A stretch of DNA of 64,000 nt from an uncultured Gammaproteobacteria bacterium (GTDB lineage Bacteria > Patescibacteriota > Patescibacteriia > Magasanikbacterales > UBA922), in assembly GCA_964433095.1 (NCBI GenBank), contig CAYSPW010000002.1, forward strand, positions 9,498 through 73,497, read 5' to 3'. How positions within the stretch are numbered: the first letter of the stretch is position 1; every line of letters starts with the position of its first letter. Shown piece after piece: positions 1 to 10,784 of the stretch. Under the pieces are notes generated by a model. The model was not told the origin of the DNA. It did not search any database and saw only the letters and a program-made list of their open reading frames with translations. The translations under genes were made by a program, and so were the position numbers.

Positions 1-1
1 A

Positions 2-2467
2 TCCATGAATTATAGCGAGGTAACTCCTCTGCATTTGCTGCTGGCTCTTTACCGGCAGTCCGGTTCTTTGGCGGCTGAAATTATGACCAAGCTGGAATTT
101 GACAAAAGCATAATTCTGGCGGAACTAAGAAAAAACAGTCCCGGCGTGAAGTCGGCTAATCAAATTCCCGAACTTGATTCCAAATCCCGCACCGCTTTGG
201 AAAAAGCCATGCTCATGGCTCACGATTATGAACATACTCACATTGGAACCGAGCATTTGCTTATGGGTCTGATTACTTGCGCCGACGCCAGAGTGGAAAG
301 AGTCCTGAAACGAAACACGGTCAAAAAAAAGCAACTGATCGATAATCTGAAAGCGGTATTTAGTAACACCAGCAAATTTCCCAGTATTGAAGATTTTTCC
401 GATATGATCGGCCGCATGCCGCATCTAAACCAGATGTCGGTTCCCGATAGCGACACGCAAAACCCTCTCACTTCATTGACACCGATGCCTGTAACAAAGA
501 ACAATAAAAATGATTCGTTCAGTTTGTTTACTCTGGAATTAACCGATCCCGCGATTCAAAAAAACATTGATCCGGTAATCGGCCGCGATCGGGAAATAGA
601 ACGAATCATCAACATATTGGCGCGACGAACAAAAAATAATCCCATCCTAGTGGGAGAACCGGGAGTGGGTAAAACAGCGATCGTGGAAGGATTAGCCAAG
701 AAAATCACGCGAGGAGACGTGCCCGATCTACTCAAAGAGAAAAAAATATTCGCCCTGGACATGAGCCTGCTCATATCCGACACCATCTACCGCGGCGAGT
801 TTGAGTCCCGTTTGAAGCAAATTATTGAACAAGTGGCAAAAAACAAACAATACATACTATTCATTGACGAAATTCATAATATTATTGGCACCGGCTCCAA
901 CCAAGGCGCCATGGACGCGGCCAATATTCTCAAGCCGGCTTTGGCCCGCGGTCAGCTGCGCTGCATCGGTGCCACCACTTTAGGGGAGTATAAAAAGTAT
1001 ATCTCATCGGATCCGGCTTTGGAAAGGCGTTATCAAGAAGTGTTGATCCAAGAAACCACCCCGGAGCAAACCGTTGATATAATATCCGGAATAAAAAAAT
1101 ATTATGAAAACTACCATAATACCTTGATCACGGACCAAGCCGTGAAAGCGGCGGTTCGTCTATCGCACAAATACATACATGATAATTTTTTACCGGACAA
1201 AGCGATTGACCTGATAGACGAGGCTTCAGCTGCCGTCAGAGTAAAGCAAAAAAAGAATAATTTGGAAAAACAAAAACAATCACTGCTCAATCGGCTCGGT
1301 CAAGCAAAAGAACAAAAAAAATGCTCTATTGCCCAAGAAAAATTTTCCACGGCCAAAAAATGGAAATCCGAAGAAGAAAAAATCACTAAAAAAATCAATC
1401 AACTGGATGAAAAAAAGAGCAAAAACAATAAAAAAATGAAAAAAAGAGTACAGGAAAAGGAAATAATACAAATCATTGCCCAAAGATTGAATATTGACCC
1501 TAAGATACTTTCCAAAAACGAATGGGAACAGCTGGGCACTCTTGAAAAAAGATTAAACACGAAAATAATCGGACAGGAAGAAGCCATAACGCAAATCGTA
1601 TACAATCTGCAGCAGTCGCATTTAAACATCAAAAATCCCGAGAAACCTTTTGCTTCCTTGTTGTTTGTCGGTCCGTCCGGCACCGGCAAAACAGAGACCG
1701 CCAAAATCTTGGCTCGCGAATATTTCCATGATAAAGACGCATTGATCAAGCTGGACATGAGCGAATTTTCCGAGTCGCACGGCGTTTCCAAACTGCTCGG
1801 CTCACCCGCCGGCTATGTGGGCTATAATGAACGTAATTTGTTTTTGGAAAAATTAAGCAAAAAACCGCATAGCGTTATTTTACTTGATGATTTCGACAAG
1901 GCGCATGCCGGCATCAAAAAATTATTACTGCAAATACTGGACCAGGCTTATCTCACCGACAACATGGGTAAAAAAATCAACTTCAAACATGCTATAATAA
2001 TCCTAACCACCAATTGCGGAACAGAACTCTTTAAATCGGCGGAGATCGGTTTTAATCGCGACGGCGGAAATACCAAGGTCAAAAAACAAATTATTGACTC
2101 AAGGCTAAAACAAAAATTCGGCCATGAATTGATCAGCCGCCTGGACAAAGTGATTGTATTTCACTCGCTTTCCAGAAAAAAAGTGGAAAAAATCATTGAA
2201 AATAAAATTGCTTTGCTGGCGTGCCGACTGGAAAAAGAACAGTCGTTCATACTTGAAACAGATAAAAAAGCAATCCAAAAATTGGCCGCCCACGCCTTTG
2301 ATCCTGACTTGGGCGCGCGCCGAGTGGAAAATATTTTGCAAGAGCGTCTGCACAGACTGTTGATTGATCTGATGGCAAATAATGCTCAAATCAAAGAAAA
2401 ATCACCAGCAAAGAAAAAAATCATGCTGTCGGTAAAACAAAACAAGTTGGAAATGCACAAGATATAA
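2..2467 (+). CDS. clpC: ClpC/ClpB-family AAA+ chaperone ATPase, probably 5'-truncated by window edge (only one Clp_N repeat present)
   Basis: Clp_N repeat ([12 protein letters not shown]); two Walker A motifs ([15 protein letters not shown] and [17 protein letters not shown]); lysine-rich coiled-coil middle domain; C-terminal ClpB_D2-small-like region. Confidence 0.85.
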   Translation, partial: SMNYSEVTPLHLLLALYRQSGSLAAEIMTKLEFDKSIILAELRKNSPGVKSANQIPELDSKSRTALEKAMLMAHDYEHTHIGTEHLLMGLITCADARVERVLKRNTVKKKQLIDNLKAVFSNTSKFPSIEDFSDMIGRMPHLNQMSVPDSDTQNPLTSLTPMPVTKNNKNDSFSLFTLELTDPAIQKNIDPVIGRDREIERIINILARRTKNNPILVGEPGVGKTAIVEGLAKKITRGDVPDLLKEKKIFALDMSLLISDTIYRGEFESRLKQIIEQVAKNKQYILFIDEIHNIIGTGSNQGAMDAANILKPALARGQLRCIGATTLGEYKKYISSDPALERRYQEVLIQETTPEQTVDIISGIKKYYENYHNTLITDQAVKAAVRLSHKYIHDNFLPDKAIDLIDEASAAVRVKQKKNNLEKQKQSLLNRLGQAKEQKKCSIAQEKFSTAKKWKSEEEKITKKINQLDEKKSKNNKKMKKRVQEKEIIQIIAQRLNIDPKILSKNEWEQLGTLEKRLNTKIIGQEEAITQIVYNLQQSHLNIKNPEKPFASLLFVGPSGTGKTETAKILAREYFHDKDALIKLDMSEFSESHGVSKLLGSPAGYVGYNERNLFLEKLSKKPHSVILLDDFDKAHAGIKKLLLQILDQAYLTDNMGKKINFKHAIIILTTNCGTELFKSAEIGFNRDGGNTKVKKQIIDSRLKQKFGHELISRLDKVIVFHSLSRKKVEKIIENKIALLACRLEKEQSFILETDKKAIQKLAAHAFDPDLGARRVENILQERLHRLLIDLMANNAQIKEKSPAKKKIMLSVKQNKLEMHKI

Positions 2468-2504
2468 CGAAAAAAGGAACGCTTTTTAATACACACACAC
2501 AAAA

Positions 2505-3659
2505 GTGGAAGCAAGTATGGCTGACAACAACAACCAAGATTTGGCCGCCGAACTTAAAAAAGCTCTCCGCAAAGAGTCTCTTTTGCGAGATGCCAAGCAA
2601 AGCGACATTGAAAAAGTTTCAGAAGAAATATCCGAGCAGATCAGACAAGGCGCCGAAGAACTGACTCAAGACATGTTTGCCGACACCGATCCGACCGAAA
2701 ATGAACAAATTGATCGGAGTGAAACCGAAACTACTCGCGAGACCGCGCCTGAAACCGACGCCGCGGCACCCGGCGCCGCCGAGCGGACAAGACCGGCAAT
2801 TGATTCTGAAAAACCTTCGTTTCCCGAACAGTCTATAGACAGAGCAAGAAATGCGGCCGCGACGCCGGAGGAAACGGAACCATCCACCGAAACGTCCCGG
2901 CCCGATCAACAACCGGAACAATACCGCCCTTTTGAACAGGGTCCGGAATTGATTGAATCCGAACCGACTGAAAGAAGATCAGACCAAAATGAACAGCCCG
3001 AACCTCAGACTGCCGAAGAAGAGATGACCGATCAAAAAGAAAACGCCGCCCGACTGAGAGCTGACAGAAGAAAAAGCGACTTGACGCGTCAGCGAAAAGG
3101 AGATGGAATGGACGCGGAAGAATTCGCCCGAAAACATAATGTGGATCTGGAGGGCAATGTGAGTGGCGATCCGAGAGCGGCAGCAGCCGGTAAAGTGGGA
3201 GAGGTTTTTGGAAAAGAATTAAGTCGCAGAATCGCCACCGGCAGCTTCCGTGCCTTTGCCATCGCTTTGACACTCGCTCTGATCAAAGACGGAGGCGATT
3301 TGGTGGGTTTGGCCGATGCCGGAACCTTCACATACATGATTCTAGGTTCAGTTGACCTGATGATAACCGCCGCCCTTTCATTTATTATCGCCAGCCAAAC
3401 AGGATGGTTGAAGATGAAAATCCAGAAAGTGTTTATTAGAAAATTCGTCGGTTCCATAGTCATTGAATTACTACCTTTCGGCGAATTTATTCCACTCTAT
3501 ACGGTTATGATACTACTGCTTAAACGTGACGCGGACCGCGACCGCAAAAAACATCAAAAAGCACAAGGGGATCTGCAACAACAGATGAAAAAAATCAGCC
3601 GGCGGTCAATTCCCAAAGGCCGGCAGCTGCAGCGAGTAACGGCTGCAATGGGGGGATAA
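2505..3659 (+). CDS. hypothetical protein, acidic low-complexity N-terminal region (E/T/P/A-rich) with C-terminal transmembrane helices
   Basis: ORF with biased composition; hydrophobic segments near C-terminus (FRAFAIALTLALI, MILGSVDLMITAALSFIIAS, FVGSIVIELLPF). Confidence 0.5.
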   Translation: MEASMADNNNQDLAAELKKALRKESLLRDAKQSDIEKVSEEISEQIRQGAEELTQDMFADTDPTENEQIDRSETETTRETAPETDAAAPGAAERTRPAIDSEKPSFPEQSIDRARNAAATPEETEPSTETSRPDQQPEQYRPFEQGPELIESEPTERRSDQNEQPEPQTAEEEMTDQKENAARLRADRRKSDLTRQRKGDGMDAEEFARKHNVDLEGNVSGDPRAAAAGKVGEVFGKELSRRIATGSFRAFAIALTLALIKDGGDLVGLADAGTFTYMILGSVDLMITAALSFIIASQTGWLKMKIQKVFIRKFVGSIVIELLPFGEFIPLYTVMILLLKRDADRDRKKHQKAQGDLQQQMKKISRRSIPKGRQLQRVTAAMGG

Positions 3660-3688
3660 AAAAATAAATTGGAAATAAATAAAAAAAT

Positions 3689-4909
3689 ATGGACAAAAAA
3701 CGCATCGGTTTAATAATACTATTCTCTTTGGTTTCGGTTATACTGGCCTATGCCATGTACAGAATATTTTTTTATCAACCGGCACGGCCGAGTGAACCGA
3801 CCGCTCCTGGAGAAATCTCGCCCGGAGAAGCTTTTCCCCGGGCCGGTGAAGGAGAACCGAGGCGTCCGGGCGTCACTCAACCCGGACGGCTGCCCGCCGG
3901 AGAAGCGCTCGCTCCGGAACAAGCCGGACCGGCAGTTACAACGGAAAAGCTTGGTGTGCGAGTGGTGGATAATATTGTGGATAACGCCGGCATTGATCCG
4001 AGCGGCGACATGAAATTTTACTCTCGCCAAGACGGTAAATTTTATCGCTACAGCGATATCGGCGGAGTTGAACCTTTGACCGACCAGGTTTTTTACAATG
4101 TGGAAAAAGTCACTTGGTCGCCGACCAGAAACGAAAGCATAATTGAGTATCCGGATGGCTCCAACATTTATTACAATTTTGACAACAAAAAGCAGACTAC
4201 CCTTCCCAAACACTGGCAGGAATTTGACTTTTCTCCGACAGGCGACCGAATCGCCGCCAAAAGCATGGGTTTGTCGCCGGAAAACAGATGGTTGGTGACC
4301 TCTGATCCGCAAGGTTCAAGTATCCAAGCGATTGAGCCGCTTGGAAGCAACGCCGACAAAGTGATCGTGGATTGGTCCCCCAACCGACAGATTGTGGCTT
4401 TATCCACCACCGGCGAAGCATTGGGTGGTTACCGGCAAGAAGTTTTGTTTATCGGCTTACATGGAGAAAATCTGCCCTCCACGATCGTAGAGGGCAACGG
4501 TCTGCAAACCTCTTGGTCGCAAAACGGACAAAAGCTGCTCTACAGCGTTTATTCGCCACGCAGCGAATACAAACCCGAGTTATGGGCGGTGAACGCCGAA
4601 GGTCAAAATATCGGTACGGAAAGAAAAGCGCTTAATGTCAATACCTGGGCGGAAAAATGCACTTTCCAGGACGACAGATATGTATATTGCGGTGTACCCG
4701 TAAATCTTAATACCGGTGCCGGCTTTAATCCTGAAATGGCCGAATCGACGATGGACGAAATCTATCGCATAGACACCCAAACCGGATTAAAAACATTAAT
4801 TGAATTGGATAGCGTGCACACGGTGGATAACATATTCATCGGTGACGACGGCCACACATTGTATTTTACGGATAAAAATACGGACGGCCTCTTTTCAGTT
4901 GATATTTAA
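3689..4909 (+). CDS. membrane-anchored protein with Pro-rich linker and PD40/TolB-like beta-propeller repeats
   Basis: N-terminal TM helix, P/G/E-rich linker, repeated W-S-P/D-x-S-P-x-G-D motifs typical of PD40 propeller blades. Confidence 0.55.
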   Translation: MDKKRIGLIILFSLVSVILAYAMYRIFFYQPARPSEPTAPGEISPGEAFPRAGEGEPRRPGVTQPGRLPAGEALAPEQAGPAVTTEKLGVRVVDNIVDNAGIDPSGDMKFYSRQDGKFYRYSDIGGVEPLTDQVFYNVEKVTWSPTRNESIIEYPDGSNIYYNFDNKKQTTLPKHWQEFDFSPTGDRIAAKSMGLSPENRWLVTSDPQGSSIQAIEPLGSNADKVIVDWSPNRQIVALSTTGEALGGYRQEVLFIGLHGENLPSTIVEGNGLQTSWSQNGQKLLYSVYSPRSEYKPELWAVNAEGQNIGTERKALNVNTWAEKCTFQDDRYVYCGVPVNLNTGAGFNPEMAESTMDEIYRIDTQTGLKTLIELDSVHTVDNIFIGDDGHTLYFTDKNTDGLFSVDI

Positions 4910-4917
4910 AAAAACAT

Positions 4918-5559
4918 ATGCCGAGCGTAAAAAAACTACTCATAATTTTCATACCGGCAATTATCATCGCCCTGGTGACTCTTAGTATAAGGGTGTTGCA
5001 ATATATTCCGACTGAAACAAAAGCGGTGGAACAAACCGATTCGGTTTATCAATCACTGATCCCAATTTTTGAAAACGACCCTATATTGGGTTCAAAAAAA
5101 GCCGGCCATACCGTAATAATCTTCGCCGATTTTGCCTGCGAAGCATGCGCGGCCCAAGATAAAATACTGGAAGATCTGATGAAAAAACATCGTGGACAAA
5201 TCAAGGTAATATGGAAAGGACTACCGGTGGCGCGTTTTCCTTTCAACTCACTGGAAGCGCATCGTTACGCCTATTGCGCCAATGAGCAAAACAAATTTGA
5301 ACAATTCGCCAAACTGACCTACACCAACTCAGACAATCTGTCAAGCGCCGCTATCGGCAGAATAGTCAATGAAATCGGCCTTGATCAAGAAAAAATGAAG
5401 CGCTGTTTGGAATCAAACCGGCCGGACGAACACATTGAATTAAACAAGCAGTTGGCCTCCTCTTTAAACATACAGGCCGTTCCGGCTATTTTTTACAATA
5501 ACAAACAACATAAAAGCCCACGGATTATTGAACAGTGGGAAGCTTTGTTAAATCTTTAA
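4918..5559 (+). CDS. DsbA/thioredoxin-like thiol-disulfide oxidoreductase, membrane anchored
   Basis: N-terminal TM helix; CxxC motif (FACEACAAQD) in thioredoxin-like context. Confidence 0.7.
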   Translation: MPSVKKLLIIFIPAIIIALVTLSIRVLQYIPTETKAVEQTDSVYQSLIPIFENDPILGSKKAGHTVIIFADFACEACAAQDKILEDLMKKHRGQIKVIWKGLPVARFPFNSLEAHRYAYCANEQNKFEQFAKLTYTNSDNLSSAAIGRIVNEIGLDQEKMKRCLESNRPDEHIELNKQLASSLNIQAVPAIFYNNKQHKSPRIIEQWEALLNL

Positions 5560-5561
5560 TT

Positions 5562-8306
5562 ATGGCCAAGTTTTTACAAATTTCTACCCTGGCGGTATTG
5601 ATTTCCACAGCAATATTTGATTTCATCCCGGCACGAGCCGCCACCGATTTTACTTACAAAACCGAGATCGCCTCCACCCCGCTCGGCGCGAACGTACAGC
5701 TGGTGGAATACGATACCGCCTGCCCTACCGGAAACGATTCCGGCTCCGATCCCAATCAAGGAATAATTATTACCAGAAACGCGGCCAGTCAAGTACGGGA
5801 AATATACTTTTACTTTCCCGGCAACAATGCGTCCGGAGTGGATCGGGAACCGGAAGATGTATGTTATTCAAATAACACCAAACTCTGCGACATTGTGAAC
5901 AACAATCAAAACTTGGCCATAGTGGCTTTTAACAAAAGCGTATCACCGCGCAACACCCGACAATGGCTGCAAGAACCGGAACACATGCGCTGTTTCATTA
6001 ACGAAGCCAAGAATAAATTAAGAGAACTGGGCGTGTCTTCCAATCGTTTGAATCTGGCCGGACACAGCGGGGGGGGACTGCAGGTCCTGCGCGCAACCAA
6101 AAATTCAGGCTTGAGCTTCAGCCGCGGCATCTTTTTTGACGCTTGCTACGGAACACAATGTTCGGACGCGGCCGCCACCGGCAGAACCGGCGACCTTTTT
6201 ATCTATTATCGGGCCGATTCCGATACCGAACAGGATTCGGTAAATACCAAAGACGGCTTTGCCGACAAAGTCAAGCTGGTCCAAACAACGGCCGCGCACG
6301 GATCCATTCCGCAATCATGCTTTTTGGATCATCTTGATAACAGTCTATGCGACGGCACCGGCACTGAGATCGGCACTCCGTTTGCGGGCGAAGCGCCACC
6401 GACCACCGAAGTTTCACCCGCCCCGGCCGGTTCCACACCGAGCGACGCGGCCGGCACAACTGACAGCTACTATTCCCAATCAGACATACAGGAATTGATT
6501 AGCGCACCACAGCCGATAATTAACATTCCCGGTCTGCAATTTTCCGATGCCGACCTGAGCCGTCTTTTCACTACCGACTACGATGAATTCGGCCGTGAAA
6601 ACACCTATTACTACTTCCCTTTCCTGGGTGAATATCTGGCCGCCGCCTACCGCTATGCCGTCGGTGCCGCCGCCATTCTGGCCATCGTGATAATTATCAT
6701 ATCCGGACTGCAATGGGCAGCTTCGGCCGGCAATCAAGAAACCATCGGCTCGGCCAAAAAGAGAATTTTTGGAGCTTTAATCGGCTTGTTTTTGGCTGTC
6801 GGTTCCTACACCATATTGTATACCATCAATCCCGAACTGACGGAATTTGCCAGTCTGAAGGTTTTAACCATAAAAGGCGAAGCGATTAATCTGGAAGGTC
6901 CTTCCGGAGACGCGGAAGAAGAAGCGGCGCGCCGCCTGCGGCGTGAAGACACTCCTCTCGGCACCACTGTTAGCGGTTCGCGACTTTTTCAACCTCCGAA
7001 CCAAGACAGCTTTTGCTTTCCGGTAGCCAAAGACGGATATGTAAAAAATACCAATAACTGGGGTCAATCCAGAGTTAAAAAAACCGGGGAAAGGGTGCGC
7101 TGCCACGCCGGAGTGGATCTGTTAACGGACGGAACCAATAACAGAGGTACGGTTTTATCAATGACCGACGGCGAAGTGATGCTGATCAGCCGCCGTTTTA
7201 CCGAATGTAAAGACGGACGTACCGAAAAAACCGGTCCCGGAACTTATGAGTGGGTGGGAGCGATATATGTCTATGACAGAAGAAACAATTTCACATATAT
7301 CTATGGCGAAATTAACAATGATACCATCAAGGTAAAAAAAGGAGATATGGTAAAAAAAGGACAAACACTCGGAATAGCATCCAAATGCACCATGCTGCAC
7401 CTGGAAGTATACGCGGGCAAAGGCAGAAAAACCGGCACTTCGATGTACGTAAGCGCCTTTGGCAAGAAAAAATCCGGCTGGTATTTGTTTGACGAACTCA
7501 AGGAACCACTTAACCTGCCCGACCAATTAAATCAAGGAAGAAACATCTGCGCTCAAGATCCGTATTTGCAAATATTGAACAAAACCGGCTCTACTCTTCT
7601 TGATCCGCGACAGTTTTTAAACAACATCAAAGACAATTTTTGCGAACCGGATAAATACTACGCTCCGCCGGCCGATACCGACGTGGAGCTCGCGATCCAG
7701 CAATTCTCTGCCTGCCACGGAATCGACTGGCGCGTTTTCAGGGAAACGGCCATGGCTGAAAGCTCGCTCCGTCCGCATGCCAAACTGGGACGATATTACG
7801 GTCTTTTTCAAGAAAGCGAGACTTATTGCAAAGAAGGATTGCGTTACGGTGATTACTCCATTGTTGGATTAAGCGTCGATAACTGCGAGAACGGATCAGC
7901 GGACGATCTAAGTGGACGCTTTGATATTCGCACCAATGTGGCCGCAGCCGCCGGATATATAAATTTTTTACTGCAGAGAATAGACAGAAAGTGCCCCGGC
8001 ATCAGCGCTTACGACGGCTTGACTTTGATGTATATCGGCCATAATAACGGCATTGGAGTAATGACCAGAATAATTACAAATATGAATGACGACAATGTAG
8101 CCTGCAACATGTCCAATATTTATCGTTACACTCGCGACTATTACATTGAACGCGGCGGCTCTGCTCATGGAGTTACTTTGCAGGAAGCTATGCGCAAATA
8201 TAATCATGGAAAAACATATATCACCGATGTACTTTTCGGCGCCAATAAAAGCGCTCCGCTTGATGTGATATTTGTGGGTAAAAATCCGCAATTGTGTCCG
8301 GATTAA
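5562..8306 (+). CDS. multidomain secreted/membrane cell-wall hydrolase: esterase-like N domain (GHSGGG), two TM helices, M23 (LytM) peptidase, SLT lytic transglycosylase
   Basis: signal peptide after internal Met (MAKFLQISTLAVLISTA); G-H-S-G-G nucleophile-elbow motif; hydrophobic helices (AILAIVIIIISGL, LIGLFLAVGSYTILY); M23 motifs (RCHAGVDL ... CTMLHLEVY); SLT-like catalytic region (AMAESSLRPHAK...YYGLFQ). Confidence 0.7.
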   Translation: MAKFLQISTLAVLISTAIFDFIPARAATDFTYKTEIASTPLGANVQLVEYDTACPTGNDSGSDPNQGIIITRNAASQVREIYFYFPGNNASGVDREPEDVCYSNNTKLCDIVNNNQNLAIVAFNKSVSPRNTRQWLQEPEHMRCFINEAKNKLRELGVSSNRLNLAGHSGGGLQVLRATKNSGLSFSRGIFFDACYGTQCSDAAATGRTGDLFIYYRADSDTEQDSVNTKDGFADKVKLVQTTAAHGSIPQSCFLDHLDNSLCDGTGTEIGTPFAGEAPPTTEVSPAPAGSTPSDAAGTTDSYYSQSDIQELISAPQPIINIPGLQFSDADLSRLFTTDYDEFGRENTYYYFPFLGEYLAAAYRYAVGAAAILAIVIIIISGLQWAASAGNQETIGSAKKRIFGALIGLFLAVGSYTILYTINPELTEFASLKVLTIKGEAINLEGPSGDAEEEAARRLRREDTPLGTTVSGSRLFQPPNQDSFCFPVAKDGYVKNTNNWGQSRVKKTGERVRCHAGVDLLTDGTNNRGTVLSMTDGEVMLISRRFTECKDGRTEKTGPGTYEWVGAIYVYDRRNNFTYIYGEINNDTIKVKKGDMVKKGQTLGIASKCTMLHLEVYAGKGRKTGTSMYVSAFGKKKSGWYLFDELKEPLNLPDQLNQGRNICAQDPYLQILNKTGSTLLDPRQFLNNIKDNFCEPDKYYAPPADTDVELAIQQFSACHGIDWRVFRETAMAESSLRPHAKLGRYYGLFQESETYCKEGLRYGDYSIVGLSVDNCENGSADDLSGRFDIRTNVAAAAGYINFLLQRIDRKCPGISAYDGLTLMYIGHNNGIGVMTRIITNMNDDNVACNMSNIYRYTRDYYIERGGSAHGVTLQEAMRKYNHGKTYITDVLFGANKSAPLDVIFVGKNPQLCPD

Positions 8307-8362
8307 TAATAAAAAAATAATAAAAAAATGCCCGCGTCAAGTGGGCTTTTAATTTATATAGT

Positions 8363-9694
8363 ATGAGTGTAAAAACACCACTTTATTCATGCTCGCGTTG
8401 CGGAGCACAATTTCAAAAATGGATCGGACGCTGCCTGGAATGCGGACAATGGGGCACCATATCCCAAGAAAATCAAAATCCGGAAAAAAACAATAACAAG
8501 CCCGAGCACAGCAGCGTGAACATGCTACCATTGGATAAAATAAAAAGTGACAGCGTCAATCGGGTGGACACCAAAGCATACGAGTTGAACCGAGTTTTGG
8601 GTGGCGGCTTGGTGCCATCCAGCCTCATATTACTGGGAGGCGAACCCGGCATCGGCAAGTCCACATTGTCTTTGCAGTTGGCCTGCGGTATTGACCACAG
8701 CTTATATTTTTCAGCCGAAGAATCAACCGGACAAGTCAAATTGCGCGCCGAAAGACTGGATATTGATAAAAGCAATCTGAAACTCGCCAATATCACAAAC
8801 GTGGACGCGATCAGCGCCACCATCAAAGAAAAATCTCCCAAGCTGGCGGTGGTGGACTCAATTCAAACAATCTATTCGCAAGAATCACCGGGCGAGGCCG
8901 GCAGTCCCAACCAGGTTAGAATATGCGCCACCAAGCTGTTGGAAGCGGCTAAGCAAAACCGCACGGCGGTAATCATCGTAGGGCATGTGACAAAAGACGG
9001 AACCGTGGCCGGACCGAAAACCCTGGAACACCTGGTGGATACGGTTCTTTACTTGGAAGGAGACCGATACCACAGCTACAGAATTCTCAGAACGGTTAAA
9101 AACAGATTCGGTTCAACCGATGAGGTAGGTATTTTTGAAATGAAACCAACCGGCTTGCGCGAGGTAAAAAATCCTTCAAAAAGTTTTCTGCAGGAACGCG
9201 GACAAGATATGCCCGGCTCGGTAATCACTTGTTTGATGGAAGGAACCAGGCCGATTTTGGTGGAAATTCAAGCTTTGGTAAACAAAACCAGTTTCGGCTA
9301 TCCGGTTAGAAAATCCAGTGGTTTTGATCTAAACCGGCTTCATGTCTTAATAGCCGTACTGCAAAAAAGAGCCGGTCTGAACCTAAGCCAATACGACGTG
9401 CACTTAAATGTTGTCGGCGGATTAAGAGCTTCCGAACCGGCGGCCGATCTGGCGGTGTGCATGGCGATTGCCAGCGCTTTTAAAGACAAATCGCTGGACG
9501 GCAACTTGGCCGCATTCGGCGAAGTGGGCCTGGGCGGAGAAATACGCAAAGCATCATTTATGGAAAAAAGGATTAAAGAATGCGGACAACTGGGAATGAA
9601 CATTATTATTACTCGCTTTGACAATAATAATAACCCGAATAGCATTAAATTGTTTCAAGTGAAAAACATTTTTGAAATTATCAAACATACTTAA
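8363..9694 (+). CDS. radA: DNA repair protein RadA/Sms
   Basis: N-terminal C4 zinc ribbon (CSRCGAQF...CLECGQWG), RecA-like Walker A (GGEPGIGKST), Lon-like C-terminal domain. Confidence 0.9.
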   Translation: MSVKTPLYSCSRCGAQFQKWIGRCLECGQWGTISQENQNPEKNNNKPEHSSVNMLPLDKIKSDSVNRVDTKAYELNRVLGGGLVPSSLILLGGEPGIGKSTLSLQLACGIDHSLYFSAEESTGQVKLRAERLDIDKSNLKLANITNVDAISATIKEKSPKLAVVDSIQTIYSQESPGEAGSPNQVRICATKLLEAAKQNRTAVIIVGHVTKDGTVAGPKTLEHLVDTVLYLEGDRYHSYRILRTVKNRFGSTDEVGIFEMKPTGLREVKNPSKSFLQERGQDMPGSVITCLMEGTRPILVEIQALVNKTSFGYPVRKSSGFDLNRLHVLIAVLQKRAGLNLSQYDVHLNVVGGLRASEPAADLAVCMAIASAFKDKSLDGNLAAFGEVGLGGEIRKASFMEKRIKECGQLGMNIIITRFDNNNNPNSIKLFQVKNIFEIIKHT

Positions 9695-9742
9695 ATAAAA
9701 ACTCCATGGCAAAATTGCCACAGAGTTTGGCCCGCGCACTTG

Positions 9743-10027
9743 CTAACAATCCTTCGGTAATTTTTGCCGACGAGCCTTGCTGTCCCCGTTCTCCACATAC
9801 CCGACCGCCGAGCCGGATACCGGAACAACAACGTCATCTATCCAAGGAATGTCCAGACCGTCCCTGACCGCTTGACGCGCGCTCATCTTGTATTCGCGTT
9901 GCGCGCCGAACAATTCCTTGACAAGAACTCGCCGTCCGCCGTCCAGCTTGGTTAGCTCGTATCGTGGTTGAACCACCGTCCGCTCAGCCAATGAAATCGC
10001 TGCCGATTTCCTTCTTCCAACCATGTA
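9743..10027 (-). CDS. hypothetical small protein in locally GC-rich cassette (start at MVGRRKS preceded by GAGGAGG RBS)
   Basis: ORF with strong RBS; composition differs from flanking host genes; no family recognised. Confidence 0.35.
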   Translation of the reverse strand, partial: YMVGRRKSAAISLAERTVVQPRYELTKLDGGRRVLVKELFGAQREYKMSARQAVRDGLDIPWIDDVVVPVSGSAVGYVENGDSKARRQKLPKDC

Positions 10028-10162
10028 AACCTCCTCTTGTTTATGCATTTTGAAAAAAAGGACGCAAAAAAAATATATCAAATAAATATTTTAACGTCAA
10101 GATTAAAAAACACCCCGCTCAATAATTGATTGGGGTGAAAATACCCTATTAGCATTTTAGCA

Positions 10163-10468
10163 TTACACTCTAATTTCCATGGTTTCGGCCACCTTGAGCC
10201 AAGCCCGGCCCGAGGTAAGGCGCTTGATTCCGTCTTCGCCGATGTTTCTCTCGAGCGCTTCCATGAACATGTTCATGGAAACGGGCGAAATCATCTTGAC
10301 CCAGTTCCGCGCCTCTTCAGACACGGCCAAGTATTGGTCAGAAATTTCGCAGTCAATTAAAACTTCGCCGTTTACCACTTTGGTCATCAGGCCGGTATTG
10401 CCGGCGTCTACCAGCTCAATTACGCGAGCGATAATCATCTCTAACTCCGCTCGTTGAATCAACTTCAT
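10163..10468 (-). CDS. hypothetical small protein (GC-rich cassette)
   Basis: 101-aa ORF MKLIQRAELEMIIARVIELVDAG...; no family recognised by eye. Confidence 0.35.
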   Translation of the reverse strand: MKLIQRAELEMIIARVIELVDAGNTGLMTKVVNGEVLIDCEISDQYLAVSEEARNWVKMISPVSMNMFMEALERNIGEDGIKRLTSGRAWLKVAETMEIRV

Positions 10469-10509
10469 GCGAACCTCCTTGTTGGTATTCGGGCCGAATC
10501 CCTCCGACC

Positions 10510-10749
10510 CTAGCGTTGTGACGCAGTGAGTTTCAGCTCTCTTGCCAGCTCGGGCAAATCACCGAGCTTTACATTTAGCGACTCGCTATAGCCGCGTTTG
10601 GTCAACGCTTCCGGCCGCCGATTCGATCTTTTCGGTTCTTTTTTCTCCTCTTTTTTTTCCAGCTTCCCCTTTTTCATTCTGGCCACCTCCTTGCCCTTTG
10701 CCTTACGATTAAGGGTTAACGAAATAGGACAAATGTAATTATATCCCAT
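10510..10749 (-). CDS. hypothetical small basic K/E-rich protein (GC-rich cassette); true start possibly internal (MKKGKLEKK)
   Basis: ORF only; low complexity. Confidence 0.25.
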   Translation of the reverse strand: MGYNYICPISLTLNRKAKGKEVARMKKGKLEKKEEKKEPKRSNRRPEALTKRGYSESLNVKLGDLPELARELKLTASQR

Positions 10750-10784
10750 AATTTATCTTTTTGTCAATATGTGTACGGAATTAT

